DNA from: Nonlabens ponticola | GTDB taxonomy: Bacteria > Bacteroidota > Bacteroidia > Flavobacteriales > Flavobacteriaceae | Reading direction: 5' to 3' | DNA length: 32,000 bases | Assembly: GCF_003966335.1 (NCBI RefSeq) | Contig: NZ_CP034549.1 | Location: 2,340,001 to 2,372,000 of the forward strand | Shown: in pieces, positions 8,984 through 18,146 of the stretch | Position numbering within the stretch: the stretch's first letter is position 1 | Layout of the letters: each line of letters begins with the position of its first letter | Position numbers and translations under genes: made by a program | Notes under the pieces: generated by a model | What the model saw: only the letters and a program-made list of their open reading frames with translations | The model's database searches: none | What the model was told of the DNA's origin: nothing

Positions 8984-9532
8984 TTACTTAATGACTGATA
9001 GTGCTGTAAGCCACAGGATTTTGACATCTAGCCAAAAGGATTGCTTTTCTAGATACTCTAGATTCATCCGTACTTTATCAGGAAAGAGTACTTTATCATT
9101 ATACACTAACGGATCATCCTGCAGTGAGAGAATAAATTCTTCATCTCTATACTTTATCGCAGCCATACTCGTAATTCCAGGCTTGAGTTGTAACACCTTG
9201 CGGTCATCACCTTCTAATTTGTCATAATAACCAGGTACATCTGGTCGAGGTCCTACAAAACTCATATCACCCTTGAGAATATTGATAAGTTGCGGTAGCT
9301 CGTCTAGTTTTGATTTACGCAAGAAACTGCCTACACTGGTTACTTTACTATCTTTCATCGTTTGAAGTTTATAGATAGTAAACAGATCACCATGCTGCCC
9401 TACCCGTTCTTGAAGAAAAAAGGGATTGCCATCCGTTTTAAAAAAGAAAAGAAGAAAAGGAACTAAAAATAATGGAATGAGCGCTACAATTAGGAACAGC
9501 GCGAATACTATATCAAAAATGCGCTTAATCAC
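8984..9532 (-). CDS. Small monotopic phosphoglycosyl transferase (bacterial sugar transferase family, PglC-like), copy 1
   Basis: 182 aa. A single N-terminal hydrophobic re-entrant helix ([27 protein letters not shown]) is followed by DELPQL and [10 protein letters not shown] motifs. Confidence 0.8.
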   Translation of the reverse strand: MIKRIFDIVFALFLIVALIPLFLVPFLLFFFKTDGNPFFLQERVGQHGDLFTIYKLQTMKDSKVTSVGSFLRKSKLDELPQLINILKGDMSFVGPRPDVPGYYDKLEGDDRKVLQLKPGITSMAAIKYRDEEFILSLQDDPLVYNDKVLFPDKVRMNLEYLEKQSFWLDVKILWLTALSVIK

Positions 9533-10127
9533 CCTGCTTAATAATATGACCTGGGTTACCTACTACGGTAGTGCTATCTGGAACATCCTTAATAATGACA
9601 CTTCCTGCGCCGATGGTACATCCCTTGCCTATGGATACACCTGGAATCACACTTGCGTTTATACCTATATGTGAACCTTCACCAACGGTGACATTACCTG
9701 CTAAAGTAGCGCCAGGAGATATGTGCACAAAATCTGCTATAATACAATCATGCTCTATGGTTGCGTTTGTATTGATTATACATCCTTTTCCTATGCGAGC
9801 TTGTGCATTTACAACAGCACCTGCCATTACCACCGTTTGAATACCAATAGCAGCAGTATCTGAAACGTTTGACTTGCTATGAGCAAAATGCTGATGAGCT
9901 ACATACTCATGGTATTTGATAAAAAGTTTTTTCCTGGCTTCATTAGCACCAATCGCTAATACTATTCGATCGGTTTCCTCGATGGTATGTTTGACATTCT
10001 TTTCTAGCAAGCGATGTATTGAAATGTCCTGGTCAATAAAACCGTTTACATCAACAGCATTGCTTTTAAGAATTTCGGCGATGACTTTTCCATGACCACC
10101 AGCACCATATACATACAGATCACCCAT
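9525..10127 (-). CDS. Sugar N-acetyltransferase of the NeuD/PglD/PglB type (Rossmann-like N-domain plus left-handed beta-helix)
   Basis: The sequence contains MGDLYVYGAGGHGKV and hexapeptide repeats (GNVTVGEGSHIGINASVIPGVSIGKGCTIGAGSVI). The ORF track starts it at 10175. The ATG at 10127 gives the family-typical N-terminus and an 8-nt ATGGGTGA overlap with the upstream stop. Confidence 0.8.
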   Translation of the reverse strand: MGDLYVYGAGGHGKVIAEILKSNAVDVNGFIDQDISIHRLLEKNVKHTIEETDRIVLAIGANEARKKLFIKYHEYVAHQHFAHSKSNVSDTAAIGIQTVVMAGAVVNAQARIGKGCIINTNATIEHDCIIADFVHISPGATLAGNVTVGEGSHIGINASVIPGVSIGKGCTIGAGSVIIKDVPDSTTVVGNPGHIIKQGD

Positions 10128-10728
10128 TACCTTCAAATCTAGTTGTTGTTGCTTGATTTGCCTGGCTAATCCCATCAGATTTAAAAATTTTACTAATTGT
10201 CATGACCATAATTTTCCAGTCTAGACGGAATGATTGATTATCGACATACCATACATCTAGCTTGAACTTTTCTTGCCAGGTGATAGCATTGCGACCATTC
10301 ACCTGTGCCCAACCCGTAATACCAGGTTTCACCTCATGTCGTCGCGATTGCTCATTACTATATAGATTAAGATATTCTGGCAGTAATGGTCTAGGACCTA
10401 CTATACTCATATCACCTTTAAGGACGTTGATTAATTGTGGGATCTCATCTAGTGAGGTTTTACGTATCGTGCGGCCTATTTTTGTTATTCTCTTATCATC
10501 GCTAAGTAGATTACCAGCCTGATCCTTTTTATCATTCATGGTTTTAAACTTCATGATTTTAAATAACACACCATTCTTTCCTGGACGTAACTGGGTAAAA
10601 AACACTTTACCATCATTTTGTTTGAACAAGACAATTGTTACTATAATGAATATAGGGCTTAATATGAACAGCCAAAACACGGCCGCTGCAAAGTCTAAAG
10701 CTGGTTTGACGATGGATCTATACATCAT
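10120..10728 (-). CDS. Small monotopic phosphoglycosyl transferase (bacterial sugar transferase family, PglC-like), copy 2
   Basis: 202 aa. An N-terminal hydrophobic helix (ALDFAAAVFWLFILSPIFIIVTIVLF) is followed by LDEIPQL and GDMSIVGPRP motifs. Confidence 0.8.
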   Translation of the reverse strand: MMYRSIVKPALDFAAAVFWLFILSPIFIIVTIVLFKQNDGKVFFTQLRPGKNGVLFKIMKFKTMNDKKDQAGNLLSDDKRITKIGRTIRKTSLDEIPQLINVLKGDMSIVGPRPLLPEYLNLYSNEQSRRHEVKPGITGWAQVNGRNAITWQEKFKLDVWYVDNQSFRLDWKIMVMTISKIFKSDGISQANQATTTRFEGNG

Positions 10729-11962
10729 TTACAATTTTCTCCATCAGCTTGATGTATTCATTTGCTAATATCGCTCTATCAAAATGAGCTAAAGCATACT
10801 CATAACCATTGCGTCCCATTTCAATCAATTGCTGCTCTTTGTCTAGAATAGATCTTATTCCATTTGCAATTTCCTGAGCATTTTCAGGCTCTACATAGAT
10901 ACCACAATTTGCCTTCTCAATAAGTTCACGACTCACGCCATCGATAGCCAGTAAGATTGGTTTTTTACACGACATGTAATCAAAAGTCTTGTTTGAATAA
11001 ATTGTCTTAAATGTATCGACCTTTTTAAGCACAGATGCTCCCATATCAGAGCTCAAGATATATTTAAAAACCTCTGCCTTTGAAACTGGATCCCTAAATA
11101 TTACATTATCCAGCTCTCGCTTTTCTTTTTGTACAATAAGCTCCTGTTTTTTCATACCTGAGCCTATCAATTGAAAAACAACGTTAGTATCTCTCAAAAG
11201 CTCTGCAGCATCTAGCAGTTGAATTAAATGATTAGCAACGCCATGTGCACCTACATACGTTATCACAAACTTGCCATCAAGTCCTATTTCACTTTTAAAA
11301 CTTATGGAATCAAAATCACGTTGAACATCAAGCGCAAGAGAGAAATCTGCAGCGTTAGGAATAAAAGAAATTTTATCTTGAGGCACCTGCTTATCAATTA
11401 ATTTCCTGCGGAAAGCTGGAGTCAACACGTTAATCAAAGAGGCCTTCTTATAAATAAAAGCTTCAAACCAGTATGCAAACTTGATAATCACTTTATTTTG
11501 TAATACTCTAGTGTCTATGGCGCTTTCAGGCCATAAATCACGCACTTCAAAAACAAATGGTAGCCTTTTAAATACTGATAAAAAATAGGCCGTGATGCCC
11601 ACGAATAATGGTGGTGAAGTAACTAATATGAGATCGTGTTTTCCTTTTATTTTAAATAAGCCTGCATAAATACTGGAGAATACAAACGAAAAGTAAGCCC
11701 ATAGTCGCCCTAAGAAACTAGAGTTGTAAGTCTCAGACACGTGACATCTTAAAACATCTACTCCAGGATAAAACTGTGATTCCATAAGAGTAAATTTACC
11801 TTTATATTTATTTGCTTTCTTTCCAGTGGCATAATGTACCATACCGGCAAGGACTGTTACCTCATGACCTTGAGATGCCCATAATTTGGTCATCTCATTA
11901 AAGCGAGAACCACCACCGTCGTCTTTTTCTAAAAAGTATTGATGTATAAGTAGAATTCTCAT
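10718..11962 (-). CDS. Glycosyltransferase family 4 (WbuB/WcaI-like)
   Basis: 414 aa. The N-terminus MRILLIHQYFLEKDDGGGSRFNEMTKLWASQGHEVTVLAG is typical of WbuB-like GT4 enzymes, and the C-terminal half looks GT-B. It overlaps its neighbours by 11 nt and 4 nt. Confidence 0.75.
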   Translation of the reverse strand: MRILLIHQYFLEKDDGGGSRFNEMTKLWASQGHEVTVLAGMVHYATGKKANKYKGKFTLMESQFYPGVDVLRCHVSETYNSSFLGRLWAYFSFVFSSIYAGLFKIKGKHDLILVTSPPLFVGITAYFLSVFKRLPFVFEVRDLWPESAIDTRVLQNKVIIKFAYWFEAFIYKKASLINVLTPAFRRKLIDKQVPQDKISFIPNAADFSLALDVQRDFDSISFKSEIGLDGKFVITYVGAHGVANHLIQLLDAAELLRDTNVVFQLIGSGMKKQELIVQKEKRELDNVIFRDPVSKAEVFKYILSSDMGASVLKKVDTFKTIYSNKTFDYMSCKKPILLAIDGVSRELIEKANCGIYVEPENAQEIANGIRSILDKEQQLIEMGRNGYEYALAHFDRAILANEYIKLMEKIVNDV

Positions 11963-13842
11963 GAATGATTGATATTTATCGTGGTATCAAAAGCTCTACC
12001 AGTATGTGAAAAGATGATTTGAGTTGCTGGCTCCTTAACACCATAGTATGAAGAGTGCCAGCTGTTGGAATATTCAGGCTTTAGCTCTATACCATTTTCA
12101 TCTCGTGATGTTATGGTAACCCGGTTTGAAACTTTTGGATTGATGTGCCAGTGTTGCCTTACCGTTCTACCTTGAGTATTCTCTATGAAATCTTGGATAC
12201 TCCACTGTGTAGCTAGCTTCTTCTTTTTTACCGTTCTAGTCATCTTTATGCCACTTAATTGCCGGTATCCCATCATTGACGCAACTATGCCTAGTTTATT
12301 TTTATTTTCTTCAATAATAGCACTGGCCTTTTTTACCCAATAATACCATATAAAGCGACCGCCTTTGAGCATGTGGTTCTGCCTATTTATAGTCAACGTA
12401 TTATGCCCTGCACTTCCCATGAAATGTTGGAGCATTTGCTGACTTGTATTATACTTATAACTACCATTATCCCAAAGATAATTAATGCCATCTACCCAAA
12501 TATCGAGATGCAGATTATCTGCCTGTGCAGGTCGATCCTTGTAACTACCACACCTTAGAAAAGTTTTCAACTCGTTGTTTTCATTACAGATGTAATATCC
12601 TCCATCTTTAAAGCTAAACGTGCCAGAATTATCAGCTTCAATTAATTCATAATCATTGATACCGTACCACGCATAACTTTCTGAAACAGCGGTAGCCTTA
12701 CCAGTAAGCACCACTCTCAAGTCATTGAGTTGACTGGTATAAACACGATAATCATCATCAGTAAACTTGAAGAATAAAGCCCCATCATTACTACCGTAGT
12801 TAGGTAGTTTCCCTGATTTATGATCTATACAAGCATCTAAGAAAGCAAGGGATCTAGAAGCTCTTTGATATACCACGTCCTTAAAGCGTTCTTGATTCAA
12901 ATTTGCCAGACGTATAGCCCAAGTCAATAGTTGAACCACTACTCTATGATAATTCATGGAGTATTGAAGGAAGGTACCATCTTCATAAATTTGATATTCA
13001 ATCTCTTGCTCAAACCATTTTTTACCTGACTTACTCCATTGTTTTGTCTCTGGAATGAATGGAAATAAGAGTCCAGAGAGATAGAGCATCAGCGTTTCTG
13101 TAATCGCATGATTATTGCGCACGGCAATCCTGCTGAAGTTGATATTCTTCCTGACGTGGTGCAATTGCCAGTAGATAGAATTCATGAGCTTCAAAAATCT
13201 ATCTTCTGTAAGTGCTTTGCTGTTTTTGTAATAAAACAATGCATAAGTCCAGTTGAGCACTCGCAAACTGATTTCCTGGCTGCATTTGTATTGAGGCCCG
13301 AGGTTGATAGGATTTTTATCAATAAAATCCTCAATCTCTTTAAACACAAATTCTGCTTGATCTGTGTCACTGTGGTAATCGTATCTAATGATATCGTACA
13401 GGTAAGAGAACCGTGCTTTTTCCCAGACAAATTTTATATCTCCAGCTTCGGCCGACAAATCTGCGATCTTTGACCAATGCTGTTTTGAATCATACAAATA
13501 ATCATTGCTGGGATTTACCTTCCATTGAGTTTCTTTGTCTAGTTGAAATTTTTGACTATTAAAAAAAGTGATGTTGTTTTTTACGCTTTCGCGAAAGCGT
13601 AACTCCAAATCATCATTGAGCTGCTTGGGTAAGTCTAATTCTTCCCTAGAAGAGATCAGGAAAGGGATATTTGCTGATCGCCACTGCTCTAAAGTCACAA
13701 ACTTTCTAAATTCTGGATGCGCAGGAAATTTCTTTTGAAACAATCCTGACTTGACCTGAAAAAGATGCCACAGTCTGAAGAAGACATAGCGCCAGCCCAT
13801 GTTCTTTACAAAATCAACAACGAGAAGTGCTTTATTGAACAT
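11959..13842 (-). CDS. Heparinase II/III-like (alginate-lyase-fold) protein embedded in the biosynthetic operon
   Basis: 627 aa. The C-terminal region contains GSAGHNTLTINRQN, which resembles the heparinase II/III family signature. The N-terminal half appears helical (toroid-like). I see no obvious signal peptide at the N-terminus (MFNKALLVVDFVKNMGWRYVFFRLWHLF). Confidence 0.65.
   Translation of the reverse strand: MFNKALLVVDFVKNMGWRYVFFRLWHLFQVKSGLFQKKFPAHPEFRKFVTLEQWRSANIPFLISSREELDLPKQLNDDLELRFRESVKNNITFFNSQKFQLDKETQWKVNPSNDYLYDSKQHWSKIADLSAEAGDIKFVWEKARFSYLYDIIRYDYHSDTDQAEFVFKEIEDFIDKNPINLGPQYKCSQEISLRVLNWTYALFYYKNSKALTEDRFLKLMNSIYWQLHHVRKNINFSRIAVRNNHAITETLMLYLSGLLFPFIPETKQWSKSGKKWFEQEIEYQIYEDGTFLQYSMNYHRVVVQLLTWAIRLANLNQERFKDVVYQRASRSLAFLDACIDHKSGKLPNYGSNDGALFFKFTDDDYRVYTSQLNDLRVVLTGKATAVSESYAWYGINDYELIEADNSGTFSFKDGGYYICNENNELKTFLRCGSYKDRPAQADNLHLDIWVDGINYLWDNGSYKYNTSQQMLQHFMGSAGHNTLTINRQNHMLKGGRFIWYYWVKKASAIIEENKNKLGIVASMMGYRQLSGIKMTRTVKKKKLATQWSIQDFIENTQGRTVRQHWHINPKVSNRVTITSRDENGIELKPEYSNSWHSSYYGVKEPATQIIFSHTGRAFDTTININHS
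13581..13602. repeat. Iterated palindrome copy 3: TTACGCTTTCGCGAAAGCGTAA (22-nt perfect palindrome; core at 13585-13598)
   Basis: Exact core with 4 further palindromic nt on each side. It lies inside the heparinase-like gene in a different codon phase, encoding LRFRES. Confidence 0.95.
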
Positions 13843-15949
13843 CTATCCAAGTTCCTTTTTTCAAGCTCTCGATGGCTGCAAAGGAAGCGCGTGTGGTATT
13901 TACCAAAGAATCCATCTCTATTAACAGTGCGCCATCTGAATTGACACTCGCGACAAATTTTTCAAATTGTGCTTTATGCCCTTTATCCATTTTACTCTTT
14001 GCACTACTAAATCCTTTAAAACCAAATCCCTTAAGCTTTCTCCAATTGTCCAATGTCAATGTGCGCTCCTGGCTGTATGCTTCTACTCGCTCTTTAGAAT
14101 ATGCCTTGCTGCCATTTGAGAAGTAATTAATTACTCCTGTTGAGCCATTCTCATATTTAAGTAACAGCGTAGCATTATCAGTATTTTCTTCTGGATTTAC
14201 ACCCATCGCGTTCATGCATACTGATATTACTTTACTGTCCGCCAAGTAAGAAATAAGATCTATAAAATGACATGCCTCACCTATAATTCTACCGCCACCA
14301 ACCTTGAGATCATGCACCCAAACATCAGAAGGTATGAATCCAGCGTTCATGGTCGCAATAACGTTTATTGGGTTATCTCCAGAACCTAATAGCTCTTTCA
14401 TTTTTACCGCATGTGGAGCAAAACGCCTATTGAAACCTACCGTTATGCTTGCGTTTGAATTTTTGTAGGCATCAATTATCTTATCAAGCTCATCACCATT
14501 TAATGCCAGTGGTTTTTCAACAAAAACATTTTTATTTGCCTCAAGTGCCTTTATTACCATGGGCGCGTGAAGGTTGTGCCTAGTTGTAATCATGACCGAT
14601 CCTACGGTATCATCGTGCAAGGCAGCCTCATAATCCGTAGTACTATTTTCAATGCCAAATTTCTTGGCAAGGGTGGTTCCAGACAAACCGCCGGAACTGA
14701 TAATATATTTGAGGTTTGCTGTCAGACCCTTCATGGCAGGAAGCATGGTCATTTTTGTGAAGTTTCCTGCACCAACGATTGCAATTCCTGGATTTTTTTT
14801 ATGTGGTTGATTGCTCTCAATAACCACATTATTGCTGTAATTTGAATTGCTATAATTGAGTATGGACGCGATGGCTTTTGATGATCCTATATCACCATAT
14901 ATTTTTAAGTAATCCTCTAACTCTACAACCTCAGTCACCATAGGTTTGACATCGATATAAGATTTAGATATGGAATTGAGTATGGTTTCAAAATTTCTCT
15001 TTTCTGTCCACCGTACAAATGGCAATGGATAATCCTGACCTCTACTTTCATAATCTTCATCATATCTACCTGGCCCGTAAGAACAGGATACTTGAAAGGT
15101 GAGTTCTTTTTGGTAGAATTCTGCACGGCTTATATCTAAGCCTATAACGCCCACAAGAATGATACGGCCGCGCTGTCTGGACATTTGTGCCGCTTGCGAT
15201 ATTACATCATTTGACTTTGTTGATGCGGTGATGATAACACCATCTGCACCTATACCATTAGTCATTTGCAGGACTGATTTTACAGGGTCTTGACCTTGTG
15301 AAGGATTGATTGTTTCAATTCCCCATTGTTTTGCCAGATCAAGCTTAGACTGGTCAAAATCAATACCGATCACGTTACATCCATTTGCCTTGAGCAATTG
15401 TGCGGTAATTAAACCTATCAATCCAAGACCAGTGACTACGATTGTCTCACCAATAGTAGGTTCACACAAACGAATACCTTGAAGGCCTATACTACCTATA
15501 ACGGTAAAGGCTGCTTCTTCATCAGTGACATTATCTGGTATACTTGCCACCAGATTCTTAGGAACCGAAACAAACTCTGCATGACCACCGTTTGACGCCA
15601 CACGATCACCTACTTTAAATTCTGAAACTCCTTCACCAATTGCGATTACCTCACCTACATTACAGTACCCTAGCGGCAGTGGTTCTCCTAATTTGTTGAA
15701 TACTGTCTCTAGTGTAGGGATTAAGCCATCAGTCTTAATTTTATCCAGCACCATTTTGACTTTGTCTGGCTGTTGCCTAGCCTTTGAAATTAGGTTTGAT
15801 TTTCCAAATTCCACTAACATACGCTCCGTACCTAATGAGACAAGGGACTTAGTGGTTTTAATAAGGACTTTACCACGGCTAACCTTTGGTGCAGGCAATT
15901 CTTCTAATATAGTTTCTCCTGTTTTGAAAGACTGGATAATTTGTTTCAT
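13832..15949 (-). CDS. Bi-domain oxidoreductase: N-terminal MDR/zinc-ADH-like domain fused to a C-terminal Gfo/Idh/MocA NAD(P)-binding domain
   Basis: 705 aa. The N-terminal part contains GROES-like/ADH motifs (PLGYCNVGEV, TGLGLIGLITAQL). A second Rossmann motif (IAIVGAGNFTKMTMLPA) and Gfo/Idh/MocA-like sequence follow from about residue 385. Confidence 0.7.
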   Translation of the reverse strand: MKQIIQSFKTGETILEELPAPKVSRGKVLIKTTKSLVSLGTERMLVEFGKSNLISKARQQPDKVKMVLDKIKTDGLIPTLETVFNKLGEPLPLGYCNVGEVIAIGEGVSEFKVGDRVASNGGHAEFVSVPKNLVASIPDNVTDEEAAFTVIGSIGLQGIRLCEPTIGETIVVTGLGLIGLITAQLLKANGCNVIGIDFDQSKLDLAKQWGIETINPSQGQDPVKSVLQMTNGIGADGVIITASTKSNDVISQAAQMSRQRGRIILVGVIGLDISRAEFYQKELTFQVSCSYGPGRYDEDYESRGQDYPLPFVRWTEKRNFETILNSISKSYIDVKPMVTEVVELEDYLKIYGDIGSSKAIASILNYSNSNYSNNVVIESNQPHKKNPGIAIVGAGNFTKMTMLPAMKGLTANLKYIISSGGLSGTTLAKKFGIENSTTDYEAALHDDTVGSVMITTRHNLHAPMVIKALEANKNVFVEKPLALNGDELDKIIDAYKNSNASITVGFNRRFAPHAVKMKELLGSGDNPINVIATMNAGFIPSDVWVHDLKVGGGRIIGEACHFIDLISYLADSKVISVCMNAMGVNPEENTDNATLLLKYENGSTGVINYFSNGSKAYSKERVEAYSQERTLTLDNWRKLKGFGFKGFSSAKSKMDKGHKAQFEKFVASVNSDGALLIEMDSLVNTTRASFAAIESLKKGTWIDVQ

Positions 15950-16995
15950 TCTCGTGACTTAAAATTAAGGCCATGTGCCTTCAATAATTTGTAATTGATA
16001 GCTTCCCAAGAAAACTTTTTCTTTTCGATATTTTCAAATGTATAGGAATCCTTATTGTTTATGAGATCATTACCAAAAGTTTGATAGTCTATCTCATAGA
16101 AACTGGGTAATATGTATCCTAATTGTATTTTCTCTACGAAACCAGAAACCTTTACCTCTGAATTGATTATTACTGGAATTTCCAATTGAATCGCATCATA
16201 AATTTTATTGGGACTTGCATTGATGTTATTCATGTTTGATGGTTCATAACAGCACATGATATAATGACATTGCAAAGCAGCTAATTGCGCATCGTCTTGA
16301 GAGATAGTACCTAAAAAGTTTACGTTATTGTGAGTTACAAATTTTTTTGTCGCTTCATCTGCCAACCAGCCAGCGGCAGTTATTTTTATATTATCAAACC
16401 TTTTTATTAGCTTTTCTAAAATTAAGGTGCCTCTAGAACTACTTAAAGATCCACCATAGAATATTTGAAGGTAATCCGGCTTTTCTACCAGAGCGGTGTT
16501 GACACTATAAGGGTAATTTTCTAATACTTCAATCCTTGACTGAGTGAAGGCAGGCATGAGATTTTTACGATTATCATCTGTAACTATGATAACATCTATA
16601 GGTAAGTACACTAGGTATTTGAGCCAATTCCATTTTTTTCCTGTCAAGCCTTTTTTCAATAAGATAGAATCAAATATGTCAAGAACAGTGTGCTTAAAGA
16701 GTACTAATGGATAGTAAAACACCATAAGTTGCTCATTAATGATATGTATAGAGTTTATTTTGAGTCGCCATAAACAGCTGAAAACGCATAAGTATTGAAG
16801 AAGGAACGATTTAGGAGAGTTCCTTTTAGCATCTACAAGATGATATTCTGCACAGTACCTTTGTGCATAGGAGTTTTGAGTGGGTTTGCCTATACCTATA
16901 AAAATAACTTTTGAAACAGCGCTTAAGGTTTTAACTTCTTTGGTTATGCGCATATCAGAGCCATCATTGGTAGATATGTAAAGGATATTCTTCAT
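15946..16995 (-). CDS. Putative glycosyltransferase (GT-B-like)
   Basis: 349 aa. The N-terminus MKNILYISTNDGSDMRI and the C-terminal SPNKIYDAIQLEIPVIIN resemble the GT-B nucleotide-sugar-binding region. It overlaps both neighbours by 4 nt. The family is not recognised precisely. Confidence 0.5.
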   Translation of the reverse strand: MKNILYISTNDGSDMRITKEVKTLSAVSKVIFIGIGKPTQNSYAQRYCAEYHLVDAKRNSPKSFLLQYLCVFSCLWRLKINSIHIINEQLMVFYYPLVLFKHTVLDIFDSILLKKGLTGKKWNWLKYLVYLPIDVIIVTDDNRKNLMPAFTQSRIEVLENYPYSVNTALVEKPDYLQIFYGGSLSSSRGTLILEKLIKRFDNIKITAAGWLADEATKKFVTHNNVNFLGTISQDDAQLAALQCHYIMCCYEPSNMNNINASPNKIYDAIQLEIPVIINSEVKVSGFVEKIQLGYILPSFYEIDYQTFGNDLINNKDSYTFENIEKKKFSWEAINYKLLKAHGLNFKSRE

Positions 16996-18146
16996 GCCTC
17001 TTGTTTCTGAATAAGCAATTTCTTTAAATTATTTATCAGATTTTCAGAGCTGAATTTTTGAACATGTTGTAATCCATAATTAATTTTTTGAAGGCGTAAC
17101 TCATCATTCTCTATGCATTCCTGTACCGCCATTGCAAGTTCTTGAGGATTATTAGTTTCTACCAACCAACCAGCTTTACCATCATCTAAAACTTCTGGAA
17201 TACCACCAGTTCTTGTACTCACCACGGATACCGCGTTTGCCATAGCCTCAAGATTTGCAACACCTAGAGCCTCTTTAAGAGAAGGCACACAAAATATATC
17301 TGTTTGTGAGAGTAAATTTGCGATGGCTTTTGGCTCAATGATTCCAGTTAGATTAAAAGTGAAAGAATAGGGCTCTAACATATTAGTCACTGTTTCTAGA
17401 TCACGTTGCGATGTTCCTACTACCGTGAGATGAAAGTTGTAGCTACCAGATAATAAATCCAATGACCTGGCTAGTGTGTGTAATCCACCTCGATGAAAAT
17501 CATTTTTAACAAACAGAATGTTGACAGGATTTACAATAGAAGAAGATTTAAGTGGAGGTTGAGGATGTAACTCTACGCCTTTATACAACAACATTGTCTT
17601 ATCAACATCTAACTCATAGTGTTTTTCGATTATTTTTTTGAGATACTTTGAGTTTACAATGACCTTATCTGCTTTTCTGGCAGTAGTTTTTTCAAGATAA
17701 TACAACATGGCACTCTTCAAATATGACAATGAAAGACTAAAGCTTCTGCTTTTATGAGCTAGGCGATTGTCATCATTAATCATTACAAGTACCCTACTCT
17801 TACAAAAATAAGCACTGCACAATCCAGTAAAGGCATTGTTGTATAAAACGGCATCAAACTCCCATTGTTTGCGAATAGATTTTGATGTCTTGTAATATTT
17901 ATAGATCCTTATTAACTGATAAATGAGTTTATTCCATTCGGTACGCTTTAATTGTATGCCATAGACCTTCGGTTGTTCCTTTGACGTATCAATGTCCTCT
18001 GTAAGAATTCTAAAGTCCAGCTCATCATTATGCTGTACATCGTCAATAAGAGATTTTTTTAAGATATTAGCAAAAAGGCCAGGTCCGTTTTCAACTTTTT
18101 GAAAGGAATTAGTGCAAAACAGAACTCTAAAGGGCATTTTTTTCAT
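16992..18146 (-). CDS. Glycosyltransferase family 4 (Glycos_transf_1 type)
   Basis: 384 aa. EALGVANLEAMANAVSVVSTRTGGIPEVLDDG corresponds to the E-x7-E region of retaining GT4 enzymes. Confidence 0.8.
   Translation of the reverse strand: MKKMPFRVLFCTNSFQKVENGPGLFANILKKSLIDDVQHNDELDFRILTEDIDTSKEQPKVYGIQLKRTEWNKLIYQLIRIYKYYKTSKSIRKQWEFDAVLYNNAFTGLCSAYFCKSRVLVMINDDNRLAHKSRSFSLSLSYLKSAMLYYLEKTTARKADKVIVNSKYLKKIIEKHYELDVDKTMLLYKGVELHPQPPLKSSSIVNPVNILFVKNDFHRGGLHTLARSLDLLSGSYNFHLTVVGTSQRDLETVTNMLEPYSFTFNLTGIIEPKAIANLLSQTDIFCVPSLKEALGVANLEAMANAVSVVSTRTGGIPEVLDDGKAGWLVETNNPQELAMAVQECIENDELRLQKINYGLQHVQKFSSENLINNLKKLLIQKQEA

Noticed and set aside
9525-10175. N-terminal extensions in the ORF track for the acetyltransferase (to 10175), neuC (to 28733) and the orphan protein (to 26887).
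   Set aside because: Internal ATGs at 10127, 28697 and 26857 give family-typical N-termini and classic ATGA / ATGGGTGA start-stop overlaps. The extensions would overlap the upstream genes by 34-56 nt.
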